Assembly (NCBI RefSeq): GCF_003334385.1
Contig: NZ_QOWN01000018.1
Length of the DNA: 64,000 bases
Reading direction: 5' to 3' (one strand)
Source of the DNA: Escherichia coli
Lineage (GTDB): Bacteria > Pseudomonadota > Gammaproteobacteria > Enterobacterales > Enterobacteriaceae
The notes beneath the pieces are model-generated. The model worked only from the letters and a program-made list of their open reading frames with translations. It was not told where the DNA came from and did not search any database. Position 1 is the first letter of the stretch, and each line of letters starts with the position of its first letter. Below, piece after piece: positions 31,613 to 46,815 of this stretch. The translations under genes and the position numbers were made by a program.

Positions 31613-32533
31613 TTAATAGCGTGAAGGAACGCCTTCCGGGCGTGTTTTAAAGCGACGGTGTAACCACATATACTGCTCTGGTGCCATCATGATGCATTTT
31701 TCGACCACTTTGTTCATCCACGCGGCGGTAGTTTCGGCATCATCCAGTGGCGGAGAACACTCTGGCGGCAGCATAATCAATTGATACCCTTTGCCATCTG
31801 GCTTACGGCGTGGAACGAAGGGCACCAGACATGCGCCGGACATCCGTGCCAGCATCCAGGTTCCGGTCGTGGTCGCAGCCTGCTCAACGGCAAACAACGG
31901 GACGAAAACGCTTGAGCGCGGGCCGTAATCATGATCCGGTGCGTACCAGACCACTTCGCCTTTTTTCAGGGCTTTAATCATGCCTTTTAAATCTTTGCGG
32001 TCGAGCATCGATTTATTTGAGCGCAAACGGCCCCAGGTTTGTAGCCAGTCAATCAGTGGATTATCGTTCGGGCGATAAACGCCAATACCCGGTTCCTGCA
32101 TACCAAACTGCCGCGCACCCAGCTCCAGTGTCAGAAAATGGATGCCAACTAACAGGATGCCGCGTTTTTGCGCCTGCACGTCACGAATGTGTTCCATGCC
32201 GATCACTTCCGTCCAGCGGGCGATTCGGCGGTCCGGCCAGAACCACGCCATGCCGGTTTCCATCAGGCCCATGCCAACGGATTCGAAATTCTTCACCACC
32301 ATTTTACGGCGTTCTTGTTCGCTCATTTCCGGGAAGCACAGTTCCAGGTTGCGATGCACAATTTTTGCGCGTCGTTTCATAAAACGTAACGCCAGTTTTC
32401 CTAATCCACAACCGAGGCGGTAGATAACCGGGTAGGGCAATTGCACGACTAACCAAAGTACGCCAATACCCAACCAGGTTAACCAATAACGCGGATGAAG
32501 CAGTGCGGTGGAGAACTTGGGTAGATTCGTCAT
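31613..32533 (-). CDS. lpxL: lipid A lauroyl acyltransferase
   Basis: Start trimmed to [17 protein letters not shown] (306 aa). Confidence 0.95.
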
Positions 32534-32757
32534 ATCAATCCTGTTTTTCAACCTATTCGGGCAATTGTATGTATTGTCGCATTTTTTCGCCCGCAACCAA
32601 AATTTGTGGCTGAAGACTGGGCGAAATTGCCGCGCTTGTAAATAACAAATAATTTTTAATGCGCAAATGTAGCGTAAAATGTGTGGATGTTAATTATCGA
32701 TAATTGCTATATCATGCCGCGGATTTTTACTTTCCCATCTCGCAGGAACCGTACACC

Positions 32758-33810
32758 ATGCCAGTGTTACACAACCGCATTTCCAACGACGCGCTAAAAG
32801 CCAAAATGTTGGCTGAGAGCGAACCGCGAACCACCATTTCGTTTTACAAGTATTTCCACATCGCCGATCCTAAGGCGACCCGTGACGCTTTATATCAGCT
32901 GTTTACCGCGCTGAATGTTTTTGGGCGAGTGTATCTGGCGCATGAGGGCATTAACGCGCAAATCAGCGTACCTGCGAGCAATGTTGAAACATTTCGCGCG
33001 CAGCTCTATGCCTTCGACCCGGCTTTAGAGGGTTTACGCCTGAATATCGCGTTGGATGATGACGGGAAATCCTTCTGGGTACTGCGCATGAAGGTACGCG
33101 ATCGCATTGTTGCCGACGGTATTGACGATCCTCACTTTGATGCCAGCAATGTTGGTGAGTATCTGCAAGCGGCGGAAGTGAACGCCATGCTTGACGATCC
33201 CGATGCACTATTTATCGACATGCGTAACCACTATGAGTATGAAGTGGGGCACTTTGAAAACGCGCTCGAAATTCTGGCAGATACCTTCCGTGAGCAGCTG
33301 CCAAAAGCAGTCGAGATGATGCAGGCACATAAAGATAAAAAAATCGTCATGTACTGCACCGGCGGCATTCGTTGTGAAAAGGCCAGTGCCTGGATGAAAC
33401 ATAACGGATTCAACAAAGTCTGGCATATCGAGGGCGGAATTATTGAATACGCCCGTAAGGCGCGCGAGCAGGGCTTGCCGGTGCGTTTTATTGGCAAAAA
33501 TTTTGTTTTTGACGAGCGGATGGGCGAACGTATATCGGATGAGATTATCGCGCATTGCCACCAGTGCGGCGCGCCGTGCGACAGCCATACCAACTGTAAA
33601 AATGATGGCTGCCACCTGCTGTTTATTCAGTGTCCAGTATGCGCGGAAAAATACAAAGGTTGTTGTAGTGAGATTTGCTGCGAAGAAAGCGCGTTACCGC
33701 CAGAAGAACAGCGACGCCGTCGGGCAGGACGTGAAAATGGCAATAAGATCTTTAATAAGTCTCGTGGACGTCTGAATACAACACTGTGCATTCCTGATCC
33801 AACAGAATAA
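32758..33810 (+). CDS. yceA: rhodanese-domain tRNA uridine(34) hydroxylase
   Basis: Start trimmed to [16 protein letters not shown] (350 aa). Active-site loop CTGGIRCE. Confidence 0.93.
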   Translation: MPVLHNRISNDALKAKMLAESEPRTTISFYKYFHIADPKATRDALYQLFTALNVFGRVYLAHEGINAQISVPASNVETFRAQLYAFDPALEGLRLNIALDDDGKSFWVLRMKVRDRIVADGIDDPHFDASNVGEYLQAAEVNAMLDDPDALFIDMRNHYEYEVGHFENALEILADTFREQLPKAVEMMQAHKDKKIVMYCTGGIRCEKASAWMKHNGFNKVWHIEGGIIEYARKAREQGLPVRFIGKNFVFDERMGERISDEIIAHCHQCGAPCDSHTNCKNDGCHLLFIQCPVCAEKYKGCCSEICCEESALPPEEQRRRRAGRENGNKIFNKSRGRLNTTLCIPDPTE

Positions 33811-33851
33811 ATATCATTGCCGGATGCGTGCCATCCGGCAACATTTCACGC

Positions 33852-34427
33852 TTACTTCTGCTGTACGCCTTCCACTGAAATAATCAGATCCACTTCCTGA
33901 GAAGCTGGACCTAAATCTGTCTTGATATTGAAGTCCTTGAGCTTAATTTTGCCTTCGGCCTCGAAGCCTGCACGTTTACCACCCCATGGGTCGTCGCCCT
34001 GACCAATTAATTTCGCTTCCAGCGTGACGGGTTTGGTTACGCCATTCAGCGTCAGATCGCCGGTAATATCCAGTTCGTCACCGTCTTTCTTCACGCTGGT
34101 GGAGGTGAATGTTGCCTGTGGATATTTTGCGGTATTGAGGAAATCTGCACTGCGAAGATGTTTATCGCGTTCGGCGTGATTAGTATCGACGCTGGTGGTG
34201 TTAATTGTCACATTCACTTTATCGGCAGCCGGATTTTTTTCGTCAAAGGTAAAAGTACCGTCGAAATCTTTAAAGGTGCCGTATAACCAGCTATAGCCAA
34301 GGTGCTGGATGCGGAAATTAACAAAGGCGTGCTGACCTTCTTTGTCAATTTTGTAATCGGCGGCAACCGCTGAACCGGCAGAGAACATCAGGGACGCGAA
34401 GGTTAAACCAAGCAGGCTTTTTTTCAT
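33852..34427 (-). CDS. yceI: periplasmic YceI-family polyisoprenoid-binding protein
   Basis: 191-aa ORF with signal peptide. Confidence 0.93.
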
Positions 34428-34430
34428 TTT

Positions 34431-34997
34431 TTATACTCCATAGTCAGATGACGACTTTCCCAGCATGCGCTTCAGAGTGTCGTCTTTATCGATGAAATGA
34501 TGCTTCAGGGCCATAAATCCGTGCATAACGGACAGTACTACGACGCTCCACGCGAGCCAAAAATGCAGGGCACCGGCAAAGTCTGCCTGTGCGCCAGCGT
34601 CGGCAAGGGTCGCGGGGACGTCAAACCAGCCAAAAACGCTGATCGGTTTACCATCGGCAGTTGAGATCAGATAGCCGCTGATGCCGATGGCGAAAAGCAA
34701 TAGGTACAATGCGAGATGTCCAGCTCTTGCGGCAAGACGAGTCATGGGGGAATAACTCGGCAGCGGACCCGGCGGTGGAGATATGACACGCCACAGAACG
34801 CGAATAACCAGCCCCATCATTAACAAAATACCGATGCTTTTATGCAGTTCGGGTGCTTTGTGATACCAGCCATCGTAATAACTGAGCGTGACCATCCACA
34901 GACCTAAAGCAAACATGCCGTAGACAATAATTGCGCTTAGCCAATGGAAGGCCGCAGATATAACACCATAGCGTTCAGGGGTATTTGTGAATGACAT
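34431..34997 (-). CDS. yceJ: cytochrome b561 homologue
   Basis: Start trimmed to MSFTNTPERYGVISAAFHW (188 aa). Confidence 0.9.
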   Translation of the reverse strand: MSFTNTPERYGVISAAFHWLSAIIVYGMFALGLWMVTLSYYDGWYHKAPELHKSIGILLMMGLVIRVLWRVISPPPGPLPSYSPMTRLAARAGHLALYLLLFAIGISGYLISTADGKPISVFGWFDVPATLADAGAQADFAGALHFWLAWSVVVLSVMHGFMALKHHFIDKDDTLKRMLGKSSSDYGV

Positions 34998-35257
34998 AAG
35001 TGCATCCAAAACGAATTTGCGAGAGAAAGAAAATGGCGTGTCGGAGAATGAATTGCAACACAAAAATAACAAATTGAATGATATTTATTTTTATTTCAAT
35101 AATTTTGAATTAATAATGAAAGAATCTTCATAAGTTTAGTGGGTTCAGCATCAGAGATGTCTGGTGAGTGCTGTAGAAGCAGGAATAATCTCATTCAATT
35201 TTTCACGCTAAATGAAAGGGAGATTAAATATTTGTCAGTTTATGTCAGTGCGGAAAA

Positions 35258-35398
35258 CTAAAAATAAAACACATAGATCAGATCCATAATTGCCAACAAT
35301 CCCCAGAGAAAAAGATAAAGCATCAGATGCTCGCGAATATTATTGATGAGATAGTGCAACAGCCGACGCATTAAATACTCCTGTAAAAACGGCCTCAT
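35258..35398 (-). CDS. yceO: small membrane protein
   Basis: Found by reading, below the track cut-off: [46 protein letters not shown] (46 aa). Matches K-12 YceO as I recall it. Confidence 0.7.
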
Positions 35399-35418
35399 TC
35401 TGGAGGCCGTAATGATGA

Positions 35419-36537
35419 TTATTGGAAGCGGGAAAGCCTGAATGGCGTCAAATCAAAATCGCTTTTTTTGTCTTGCGCAAAATCGGCAGCTATTTCCCCT
35501 AAAACTGACGCAAATTTAAAACCGTGCCCACTCAGGCCGGTAATGAGCAGTGTATTATCGTGGCCGGGTAGGGTATCGATAATAAAATCTTCGTCAGGCG
35601 AATTATCATAGGTGCAGGCAGCGCCGTACAGGCAGCAACCGATACCCGGCAATACATTGCGCAAGAACGGGAAGGCTTCTGACCCATCACTGGCCACTTC
35701 CGCAAACGGAACACGTTCATCCGCTGAATGGATAACCTGGCCTCCGTTATGTTTGCCAATCTTCAACGCGTCGTTTTCTGCCGGAAAACCATAATATTGA
35801 TCGCCATTGGGCAGTTCACCGGTAAACGCCGGGAATTTATTCTTCACGCTATAGCGGCCATCGGCCTGATACCAGGCAAATACTTTGCGTACGGGCTGGA
35901 CAGGCAGCTCCGGGAGCAGGTCTTTTACCCATGTTCCCGCGCAGACAATCGCTTTTTTCGCCTGATACTCACCGTCAGCCGTTTCAATAGTTACGCCATC
36001 ATCGTCATGACGAATTGCGGTGACCGGGCAGTTGAACAGTTGCGCACAGCCCGCTTCCTTCGCCAGTTGGATCCAGGTTTTAATCGCCAGTTCGCTGCGC
36101 AAAAAACCGGAATCAGTTTCAAATAAGCCGATGTAGTTGTCCGGGACGCGTATTTCCGGCCAGCGGGCCATAATCCCTTGCGCATCGAGCTTTTCAACGT
36201 TGAGTTGCCATTGTTCGGCGCTGTGGGCGACGTTGGCGAGAAATGTGGAATCAGCCGGGCCAAGGTTAATGACGCCAGAGCGTACAAAAATGGGATCTTC
36301 TTCGTTGTGGCGGGAGAGTTCATCCCACAGCGTTTGCGCGCGGAGGACCAGCGGGACATACTTTTCGCCTTCACCATAAGCATGGCGAATTAATCGCGTA
36401 TCGCCGTGGTGGCTGCCGTGTTGATGCGGTGGCATATGGGCGTCGGTCATTAGCACGTTTAAACCGGCGCGGGTTGCATAATACCCGGCGGCAGCGCCTA
36501 CGGAACCGCTGCCAATAATGATGAGATCGTATTTCAT
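35419..36537 (-). CDS. solA: N-methyl-L-tryptophan oxidase (FAD)
   Basis: 372 aa with N-terminal GSGSVG dinucleotide fold. Confidence 0.95.
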
Positions 36538-36651
36538 TTTTTTCTCTCTGCTCTCATGGTTTAAGCAGAGTAATTAACTGAATGCAGATATACAACCCAG
36601 AAATGGTAAAGGCACCGGTGAGGTGCCTTTTGGGTGGATGGTCATGTCATG

Positions 36652-36906
36652 TTAATGACGCCGATACTCGTTTACCTGGAAATCACCGGATTCAATTTTG
36701 GCGATTCCTGCTTCTAATATCGAAATAAATTGTCTGGCAACATCAGTGGTTAACCAGAGCGTCTGACCAACTTCAGTCCCTTCCTGCTCGGACTTATTTG
36801 GGGTCTGGTAGTGCAAACGCAACATCAGCGCATCATAACTATCAACGGTGCTGATGTCCCACCCTACGAGCGGATGAGTCTGAATGACTTCATTATTTTT
36901 TTCCAT
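36652..36906 (-). CDS. bssS: biofilm regulator
   Basis: MEKNNEVIQTHPLVGWD (84 aa). Confidence 0.9.
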   Translation of the reverse strand: MEKNNEVIQTHPLVGWDISTVDSYDALMLRLHYQTPNKSEQEGTEVGQTLWLTTDVARQFISILEAGIAKIESGDFQVNEYRRH

Positions 36907-37193
36907 CATGGCCCCCTAATTCGTGTTACTAGACAACGTTATTCGAGGTTCAATGCGTTTTTATCTGAAGCAACTTCAGTATACCAATAAGTAAGGGTAT
37001 TCACCGAATTTTTAAAGGGGGAAACAGATAAATTTCTGCTTTTAAGATTTATATGAACAATAAAACAGCATGTCATTCATATTTTTTTAGCATATTGTGC
37101 AATTATTTTGAGGAAGTGTAGAAATTTTGTACTCAAAATTCGTAAGTAAAATAAAAAAGCCGGGGCGACCCGGCAAAAAAAAATCACTGCATA

Positions 37194-37439
37194 TTATTCG
37201 CTGACAAACCAGTCATCGGCGCTTTCCCACGTTTCCTGGAGAATTTCACTAATGCGCTGTTTATCTTCTTTTGTCGCGCCAATAACCGATAAATTATTCG
37301 CTGCGGCATAACGTACCGATACGTGGCCTTCATTATCAGGAAACGCATACTGAATACGGCGGGAAAGTTCGCCAGCCAGGGCGTCAATAGCCCCAGCTGG
37401 CAATGGAGAAGTTTTCGCTATGGTGACTTCAATTCGCAT
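37194..37439 (-). CDS. dinI: DNA-damage-inducible RecA modulator
   Basis: Start trimmed to MRIEVTIAKTSPLPAGAIDAL (81 aa). Confidence 0.93.
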   Translation of the reverse strand: MRIEVTIAKTSPLPAGAIDALAGELSRRIQYAFPDNEGHVSVRYAAANNLSVIGATKEDKQRISEILQETWESADDWFVSE

Positions 37440-37457
37440 AATAGCCCCCTGTTGAAT

Positions 37458-37477
37458 ATACTGGTTATTTATACAGG
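37458..37477 (-). promoter_or_regulatory. LexA (SOS) box of dinI
   Basis: CTG-N10-CAG (37461-37476) within TACTGGTTATTTATACAGGT, just upstream of dinI. Confidence 0.8.
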
Positions 37478-37512
37478 TAAAATAACCTAATGACAACAGG
37501 AAGCTACGATTT

Positions 37513-38559
37513 TTATTGTTTAACGGACCAGCGTACCGTTTCCCCGGCGAGGAATGGCACCAGCGTGTCATCAGTCAGTGCGATGCTTTCAGCAACCTGT
37601 TGCTCTTCACGTACCAGTTCGATGAATGTGTCGTTGACCGGCAACCCATAGAACTGCGGGCCGTTTACAGAACAGAATGCTTCAAAGTGCTGCAAAGCAT
37701 TCATTTCTTCAAAGACGGTAGCGTAACTGCCCAGCGCGGTTGGGGCGTTGAAGCAGCCCGCGCAGCCGCAACTGCTCTCTTTGCGATGACGTGCATGTGG
37801 CGCAGAATCCGTACCGAGGAATACTCGATTAAAACCGCTGGCGACCAGTTCACGCAATGCCTGTTGGTGAATATTACGTTTGAGGATGGGTAGACAATAC
37901 AGGTGCGGACGCACGCCTCCAACCAGCATATGGTTGCGGTTAAACATCAGATGCTGCGGAGTGATGGTGGCAGCCAGCCGTTCATTTCCGTCACGGACAT
38001 AGTCGGCAGCATCTTTGGTGGTGATGTGCTCAAAAACGACTTTCAGCGCAGTCAGGCGCTGGCGCAGAGGTTCCATCACGCTTTCTATAAAGCGCGCTTC
38101 ACGATCAAAAATGTCGATATCTGCATGTGTCACTTCACCATGCACCAGTAGCGGCATACCGATTTTTTCCATGCGCTCAAGTACCGGCATGATTGCGTCA
38201 ATTGACGTCACGCCGTGGCTGGAGTTAGTGGTTGCGTTTGCCGGGTAAAGTTTTGCAGCGGTGAACACGCCTTCGTTAAATCCGCGCTCCAGCTCATTAG
38301 GATCCAGCGAATCTGTTAAATAACAGGTCATCAATGGGGTGAAATCGTGCCCGGCAGGTACGGCGTCAAGAATACGCTGGCGATACGCCACGGCAGCCTC
38401 AACGGTGGTCACGGGCGGAGCCAGATTGGGCATTACGATAGCCCGTCCATAAATTTCGCTGGTATATGGCACGACAGTTTTTAACATGTCGCCATCGCGG
38501 AGGTGAAGGTGCCAGTCGTCTGGGCGGCGGATCTTTAATACCTGGGATGGTGCAGTCAT
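37513..38559 (-). CDS. pyrC: dihydroorotase
   Basis: 348 aa starting [23 protein letters not shown]. Confidence 0.96.
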
Positions 38560-38664
38560 TAATCTCTATGCTCCGGCTGAAGGGATGTTTTTGCCGGACA
38601 CAAAGGATAAGCGGAAACGTTTTCCTTTGCACGAAAAATAAAGGGCGCGAATGCGCCCTCGTGA

Positions 38665-39225
38665 TTAATCAGTAAATGGAATGACAATTTCGCCTGGCTT
38701 CACTTCAATGCCTTTCGCCAGTTTTTTCGCCATTGCTTCGCCCTGGCTGCCATCTTCGCGCAGGACGTAAGCAGGTTGCTGGTTAAAGTAATTGCGTAAT
38801 GCCTGGTTCAAATAGGGAAGCAACGTTTGCATCACCGTTTGCATTTTTTCCGGTTGTACCGTCGCATCGACCACTTCCATCTCTTTCAGGAAGATCGCAC
38901 CTTTTTCTTTATCAAACACGGGCAGCGCTTTCAGCTTCAGTTTCATGGTCGCTTTCTGACTACCGAACAGGGAGTTCATGTCCAGATTGGCGTCTCCGGT
39001 TAGGGTAACCTTATTCGGCTCTTCGCGACCAATTTGGCTGGTCAGGTTTGTCAGAACAATATGGGCGTCAGCCACGCCGGGTAAACCGATATCTTTTGAG
39101 AAATTATTATGTTTCGCAAGCGACTGGTTAATTTCTTGTTCGGTGATGGTGTATTGGGTGAGTTGATTACAGCCAACGAGCAGGCCACTGACGATCAATG
39201 CAGCGGCAAATAAAAACTTGTTCAT
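38665..39225 (-). CDS. yceB: lipoprotein (DUF1439)
   Basis: Start trimmed to MNKFLFAAALIVSGLLVGC (186 aa). Confidence 0.9.
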   Translation of the reverse strand: MNKFLFAAALIVSGLLVGCNQLTQYTITEQEINQSLAKHNNFSKDIGLPGVADAHIVLTNLTSQIGREEPNKVTLTGDANLDMNSLFGSQKATMKLKLKALPVFDKEKGAIFLKEMEVVDATVQPEKMQTVMQTLLPYLNQALRNYFNQQPAYVLREDGSQGEAMAKKLAKGIEVKPGEIVIPFTD

Positions 39226-39358
39226 GGTAGTCCTCGACATGAAATCTGCGTCAATATCCTGACACAACGCAGCATGTGTCACCAGCGATAAACTCGCCAG
39301 CAGAAAAAACTGAAAACGGCGGCAACCCGCGAATACAGGCTGCCGCGGCGGGTCAGGA

Positions 39359-40006
39359 TTAAATCGCCATTGATGATAACAAATTGATTTGTGTCTGTTT
39401 CGCCATATTATCGCGGTAATCAGCAACGCGGCTTGGCCAGTTAATTCCGGCTACCAGCGTCAGATTACGCAGTAGCGGGAATAGCTGAATATCATCTTCC
39501 GAAAGTTCGCCATTCACGGCGTTCGGTTTGACGATCAGTTTGTCCAGCGCACGTAAATCATCGCTGATATTCTTAATCAGACCGTCAGAGTGGGCCAGCA
39601 GGTCGGCAAAATTACCCGCGCTGGCCTCTTTCTTGTCGACGAAATATTTGCGCGCGGCGGGAGTAGAAAACTCATCAAATGCCGATTTGGCAAAACGCGG
39701 CAACAGCAGTTTGTTGGCGTAGCCATTGACCTTGCGCAGCCACTCTTCAATGGCAGGGGAACGTTTGCCGGTCAGTAACGGTTTGCCGTCGAGTTTATCG
39801 ACATAGTGAACGATGTCCATGCTTTCTGGCATATAGCGGCTGTCATCTTTTTGCAGAATGGGAACCTGTTTTTGACCGACCATCCGGGTGGGTGTTTCTG
39901 CGTCGTCGTTGAGCAGAACATGTAATTCGACGGGGATATTTTTCAGGCCGAAAATCATGCGGGCTTTGAGGCAGTAAGGGCAGTGATCGTAAATGTATAG
40001 CTTCAC
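39359..40006 (-). CDS. grxB: glutaredoxin 2
   Basis: 215 aa with CPYC active site. Confidence 0.95.
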   Translation of the reverse strand: MKLYIYDHCPYCLKARMIFGLKNIPVELHVLLNDDAETPTRMVGQKQVPILQKDDSRYMPESMDIVHYVDKLDGKPLLTGKRSPAIEEWLRKVNGYANKLLLPRFAKSAFDEFSTPAARKYFVDKKEASAGNFADLLAHSDGLIKNISDDLRALDKLIVKPNAVNGELSEDDIQLFPLLRNLTLVAGINWPSRVADYRDNMAKQTQINLLSSMAI

Positions 40007-40069
40007 GTGACTCCTCCATTTGGCTGTCAGTTCACTTTCAGTATGGAGGAGTCAGGGGGGAGTATCAAA

Positions 40070-41278
40070 TCAGGCGTCGCGTTCAAGCAAACGACGCGCG
40101 GCGCGTTTCTGGCTAAACTGCCAACCCAGCGCAAGGAAAGTGAAGATGCCAATAATGCCCAGCATCATCCACGGAAGCTCTGGCTGGTGCGCCGATTTGC
40201 CCAGGTCAAACAGCCAGCCGCCACCGATATAACCAATAGCGCCGCCAATCGCCAGACCCAGACGGCTAAACCCCATATAGCTGCCGCGAGCTCTTGCGTC
40301 CGCCAGCGAAGCACTTAAGGTTTCACGCGCAGGCTCGGCAATGATCGACCCGATATAAAACAGACAAATCAGGGTGAAAAGTTGTTGCAGGCCGCTGACC
40401 ATGCCCACCGGCATCATGCTAAATGACATTATCAACAGCCCAGCCATCAACCGGTGTTCCAGACGAAAATGCTTTTCACTCCAGCGGGCGATAGGGTAGA
40501 GCAACGTTAACGACAGACACGCTTCAATGGCATACATCCATTTAACGGCAGAGGGCGCGCCAGCCACGTCGTTGACCATAATTGGCAGCATCAGCATCAC
40601 TTGTACAGCCAGCATGTAGTAACCCGCCAGCGTCAGAACATAGGTGACAAAACGCTTGTCACGCATCACGCGGGTCATGCCTTCGCGAACGGGCGTGCGT
40701 ACGGTGGAGAGTTTCCATGCTGGTAACAACCACGCATTGAACGCCGCACATAGCACAAATAGAACTGCCCCTGTGGCGCAGACCAGGCGAAAGTCGTATT
40801 GCAACAGCCAGCTCCCCAACAATGCGCCAATGACCGCACCGGCACTGTCCTGCATCATCAACAGCGAGAAAAAACGACCACGCTGCTGTGGACGGATTAA
40901 TTTCACCACCAGCGCCGAACGCGGCGGATCAAACAACGTGCCACCGAGTCCCGAGAGCAGGCATGAAAACCACAATAGCCACGGTTCGTGGGCGATACCC
41001 ATTGTGGCGAATCCGGCGGCGCGCATCAGCATACCGGTAACAATCATCGGTTTGGCACCAAAGCGGTCGGCAATTGCACCGCCGAAAATACCCAGACCTT
41101 GCTGAATAAATTGGCGTAGACCGAGAGCAATACCGACCATGACGGCGGCCCAGCCCATTTGATCAACGAAGCGGATAGAGATCAGCGGGAAGACAACAAA
41201 GAACCCCAGCACGACCAGCATATTATCGATGAGCAGGAAATATTTACCCAGGTTCCTCGCCTGCGACACGCGGGACAT
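40070..41278 (-). CDS. mdtH: MFS multidrug transporter
   Basis: Start trimmed to [16 protein letters not shown] (402 aa). Confidence 0.93.
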   Translation of the reverse strand: MSRVSQARNLGKYFLLIDNMLVVLGFFVVFPLISIRFVDQMGWAAVMVGIALGLRQFIQQGLGIFGGAIADRFGAKPMIVTGMLMRAAGFATMGIAHEPWLLWFSCLLSGLGGTLFDPPRSALVVKLIRPQQRGRFFSLLMMQDSAGAVIGALLGSWLLQYDFRLVCATGAVLFVLCAAFNAWLLPAWKLSTVRTPVREGMTRVMRDKRFVTYVLTLAGYYMLAVQVMLMLPIMVNDVAGAPSAVKWMYAIEACLSLTLLYPIARWSEKHFRLEHRLMAGLLIMSFSMMPVGMVSGLQQLFTLICLFYIGSIIAEPARETLSASLADARARGSYMGFSRLGLAIGGAIGYIGGGWLFDLGKSAHQPELPWMMLGIIGIFTFLALGWQFSQKRAARRLLERDA

Positions 41279-41513
41279 TTCCCCTCCCGGGAAATAAAAG
41301 ATGAGCACTTTCTATTCTGCATTGCCGCTAAGACTTTTCCCATCACTTCGGGGACAATATTTTTTTATCAAAACGTCGCTTTGATAGAGAGTTTTTATCA
41401 AATATGTGAATAATGCAGAAAATGGCATTTTGGACTTTTCACAGGGTCTGGTTGCGCAGGTATAGTAATACTTACAGCGTATTAAAGACGTTACGGGAAG
41501 GAGTAGGTATAGA

Positions 41514-42756
<1,243 letters not shown>

Positions 42757-42757
42757 A

Positions 42758-43681
42758 GTGAAAAAATTACGTATCGGCGTAGTGGGATTAGGTGGCATTG
42801 CGCAAAAAGCGTGGTTACCGGTGCTGGCGGCAGCGTCTGACTGGACGTTACAAGGAGCCTGGTCGCCTACGCGCGCGAAAGCCCTGCCAATTTGTGAAAG
42901 CTGGCGCATTCCTTATGCCGATTCGGTATCCAGCCTTGCCGCCAGTTGCGATGCGGTTTTTGTGCATTCCAGCACCGCCAGCCACTTTGACGTGGTCAGT
43001 ACGTTACTCAATGCGGGGGTACATGTCTGTGTCGATAAACCGCTGGCAGAAAATCTGCGCGATGCTGAACGGCTGGTGGAACTGGCGGCGCGGAAAAAAC
43101 TGACGTTGATGGTCGGTTTTAACCGTCGTTTCGCACCACTCTACGGTGAGTTAAAAACGCAACTCGCCACCGCAGCCTCGCTAAGAATGGATAAACATCG
43201 TAGCAATAGCGTCGGGCCACACGATCTTTATTTCACGTTGCTGGATGATTATCTGCATGTGGTGGATACCGCGCTGTGGTTGTCGGGCGGCAAAGCCTCT
43301 CTGGATGGCGGTACGCTACTGACTAACGACGCTGGCGAAATGCTGTTTGCCGAGCACCATTTTTCGGCTGGTCCTTTGCAGATCACCACCTGTATGCATC
43401 GCCGTGCCGGAAGTCAGCGTGAAACCGTGCAGGCCGTGACTGACGGTGCGCTCATCGACATTACGGATATGCGCGAATGGCGTGAGGAGCGCGGGCAGGG
43501 CGTAGTGCATAAACCGATTCCTGGTTGGCAGAGTACGCTTGAGCAACGTGGGTTTGTCGGCTGTGCGCGGCACTTCATTGAATGTGTGCAAAACCAGACA
43601 GTTCCGCAAACCGCCGGCGAACAGGCCGTGCTGGCGCAACGTATCGTTGACAAGATCTGGCGCGATGCGATGAGTGAATAA
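42758..43681 (+). CDS. yceM: Gfo/Idh/MocA-family oxidoreductase
   Basis: GTG start 42758 (MKKLRIGVVGLGGIAQKAW, 307 aa). Confidence 0.88.
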   Translation: MKKLRIGVVGLGGIAQKAWLPVLAAASDWTLQGAWSPTRAKALPICESWRIPYADSVSSLAASCDAVFVHSSTASHFDVVSTLLNAGVHVCVDKPLAENLRDAERLVELAARKKLTLMVGFNRRFAPLYGELKTQLATAASLRMDKHRSNSVGPHDLYFTLLDDYLHVVDTALWLSGGKASLDGGTLLTNDAGEMLFAEHHFSAGPLQITTCMHRRAGSQRETVQAVTDGALIDITDMREWREERGQGVVHKPIPGWQSTLEQRGFVGCARHFIECVQNQTVPQTAGEQAVLAQRIVDKIWRDAMSE

Positions 43682-43703
43682 ACCCTGTAACATCTGGCGG
43701 TAG

Positions 43704-45326
<1,623 letters not shown>

Positions 45327-45334
45327 CAATGCAT

Positions 45335-45357
45335 TCCGGCCTGCAGTGCAGGCCGGA
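45335..45357. terminator. bidirectional hairpin between convergent murJ and flgN
   Basis: TCCGGCCTGCA-G-TGCAGGCCGGA perfect palindrome. Confidence 0.65.
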
Positions 45358-45365
45358 GATAATCT

Positions 45366-45782
45366 TCAGATCGAAATCTTTTTACCGCCGCGATGGGTTG
45401 TTGAGGTCTGACCGTTCGCCCCATATAGCGTCGGTTCCTGATGCGGTTTCAACATTTCCAGCGCCTGTTGATTGCGCTCAATCTGTCCTTCCAGTAACCA
45501 GCCGTTATGTTGATTCATTTGGCGTAGTTGCTGCGTTTTCACAGTAATTTCCTGCCAGCGTTGACTAATATCAACGCTATTTGCTGTATTGGGTTCTTTC
45601 CTGCGTAACTGTTCGAGGTAATCCAGCGTCGCCAGCAGTGAGCTTTTTTGTTCTGTAATCCATTGCAACTGGCTGCCGTTGATCTGCCCCATAGAGAGAT
45701 GTTGCTGCTCTTGATCCATTACCGTTTTGAGATCGTTAAGCACAGCGGACATCTGGTCGAGGATCTCTGCAAGACGTGTCAT
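45366..45782 (-). CDS. flgN: flagellar export chaperone for FlgK/FlgL
   Basis: 138-aa ORF. Confidence 0.95.
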   Translation of the reverse strand: MTRLAEILDQMSAVLNDLKTVMDQEQQHLSMGQINGSQLQWITEQKSSLLATLDYLEQLRRKEPNTANSVDISQRWQEITVKTQQLRQMNQHNGWLLEGQIERNQQALEMLKPHQEPTLYGANGQTSTTHRGGKKISI

Positions 45783-45786
45783 ACGA

Positions 45787-46080
45787 TCAGTTACTCTGCA
45801 AGTCTTGCTGCGCTTCGTTGATCAGCGCATCGGCAATTTTGCCGGTGTCCATTTTTAGTTCACCGTTACGAATCGCCAGTTTTAACGCTTCGACACGTTC
45901 AAGATTGATATCACTGCTGCCGGGTTGCATCAGTTTTGCTTGCGCGTCGCTTAACGTCACACTGGTGCTGGTGGAGGCGGTTGTTTTTGCCGCCCGGCTG
46001 TTCGTTACCGGCGCGTCAGTGGTTTCGCGCGGTTGAACGGTGCTTACAGGCTTCAGAGGCGAAGTGCGATCAATACTCAT
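45787..46080 (-). CDS. flgM: anti-sigma-28 factor
   Basis: 97-aa ORF. Confidence 0.95.
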   Translation of the reverse strand: MSIDRTSPLKPVSTVQPRETTDAPVTNSRAAKTTASTSTSVTLSDAQAKLMQPGSSDINLERVEALKLAIRNGELKMDTGKIADALINEAQQDLQSN

Positions 46081-46123
46081 GGTTTATTCCTCATTGAGGG
46101 CGCTTTTATCATGTGTTGCTTAT

Positions 46124-46150
46124 TTATCGGCAAGGGACGGGTAATCTTTA
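46124..46150 (-). promoter_or_regulatory. sigma-28 (FliA) class 3 promoter for flgMN
   Basis: The minus strand reads TAAAGATT-N11-GCCGATAA. The consensus is TAAAGTTT-N11-GCCGATAA. Confidence 0.75.
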
Positions 46151-46155
46151 ACAGC

Positions 46156-46815
46156 TTACAGGTTTATAAGAATATTCCCATCTGCATCAACAACGCCGCT
46201 GACTACCTGTCCCGATACCATGCGCACCCGCGCATTCTGTGCGACGGCTGCATTGTTCAGCGCCTGACCTTCTGCGTTGGCGCTAAACCCATCACCGCTG
46301 GCGATCACATTGACGCGTTGTCCCGCTTTTACCCGCCATGCCTGGCGAAACTGGGTTAACTGGATAGGTTGATCGGGTGATAGATCGCGCAGGCTAATGG
46401 CATCAACAAGTTGATTGATATCCAGCACCGTACGCGGTGGCAGGGTATCCAGCCGTCCGCGTTTCAGTTTGACATTGCCAGCTTCCAGCTTTCCTCCCCG
46501 CGCAATGGGCATCGCGGCAACCACATAATTTCCTGTGGCCTGTACATTAACCTGTAAATATCGTTTGTCGTTACCGCAGCGTGCCAACACATTCACATTG
46601 CCCCACAGGCGGGAATTATTGCTCATCGAAAGCAATGGCTGCTCGCATGGCGGTAGTAGATTGGGCGCTGTACGAATAGAAACACGAACCTCATCACTTA
46701 CCCCCGCGAGTTGGGCGCTAAAAAAGTTGTGCAATTGCGATGTGAGATTGCTCGCCGTACTTAACGGACTGAACAGTATCGCGATGATCGCCACGCTACG
46801 TTTTATTATCAGCAT
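46156..46815 (-). CDS. flgA: flagellar P-ring assembly chaperone
   Basis: 219-aa ORF. Confidence 0.95.
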   Translation of the reverse strand: MLIIKRSVAIIAILFSPLSTASNLTSQLHNFFSAQLAGVSDEVRVSIRTAPNLLPPCEQPLLSMSNNSRLWGNVNVLARCGNDKRYLQVNVQATGNYVVAAMPIARGGKLEAGNVKLKRGRLDTLPPRTVLDINQLVDAISLRDLSPDQPIQLTQFRQAWRVKAGQRVNVIASGDGFSANAEGQALNNAAVAQNARVRMVSGQVVSGVVDADGNILINL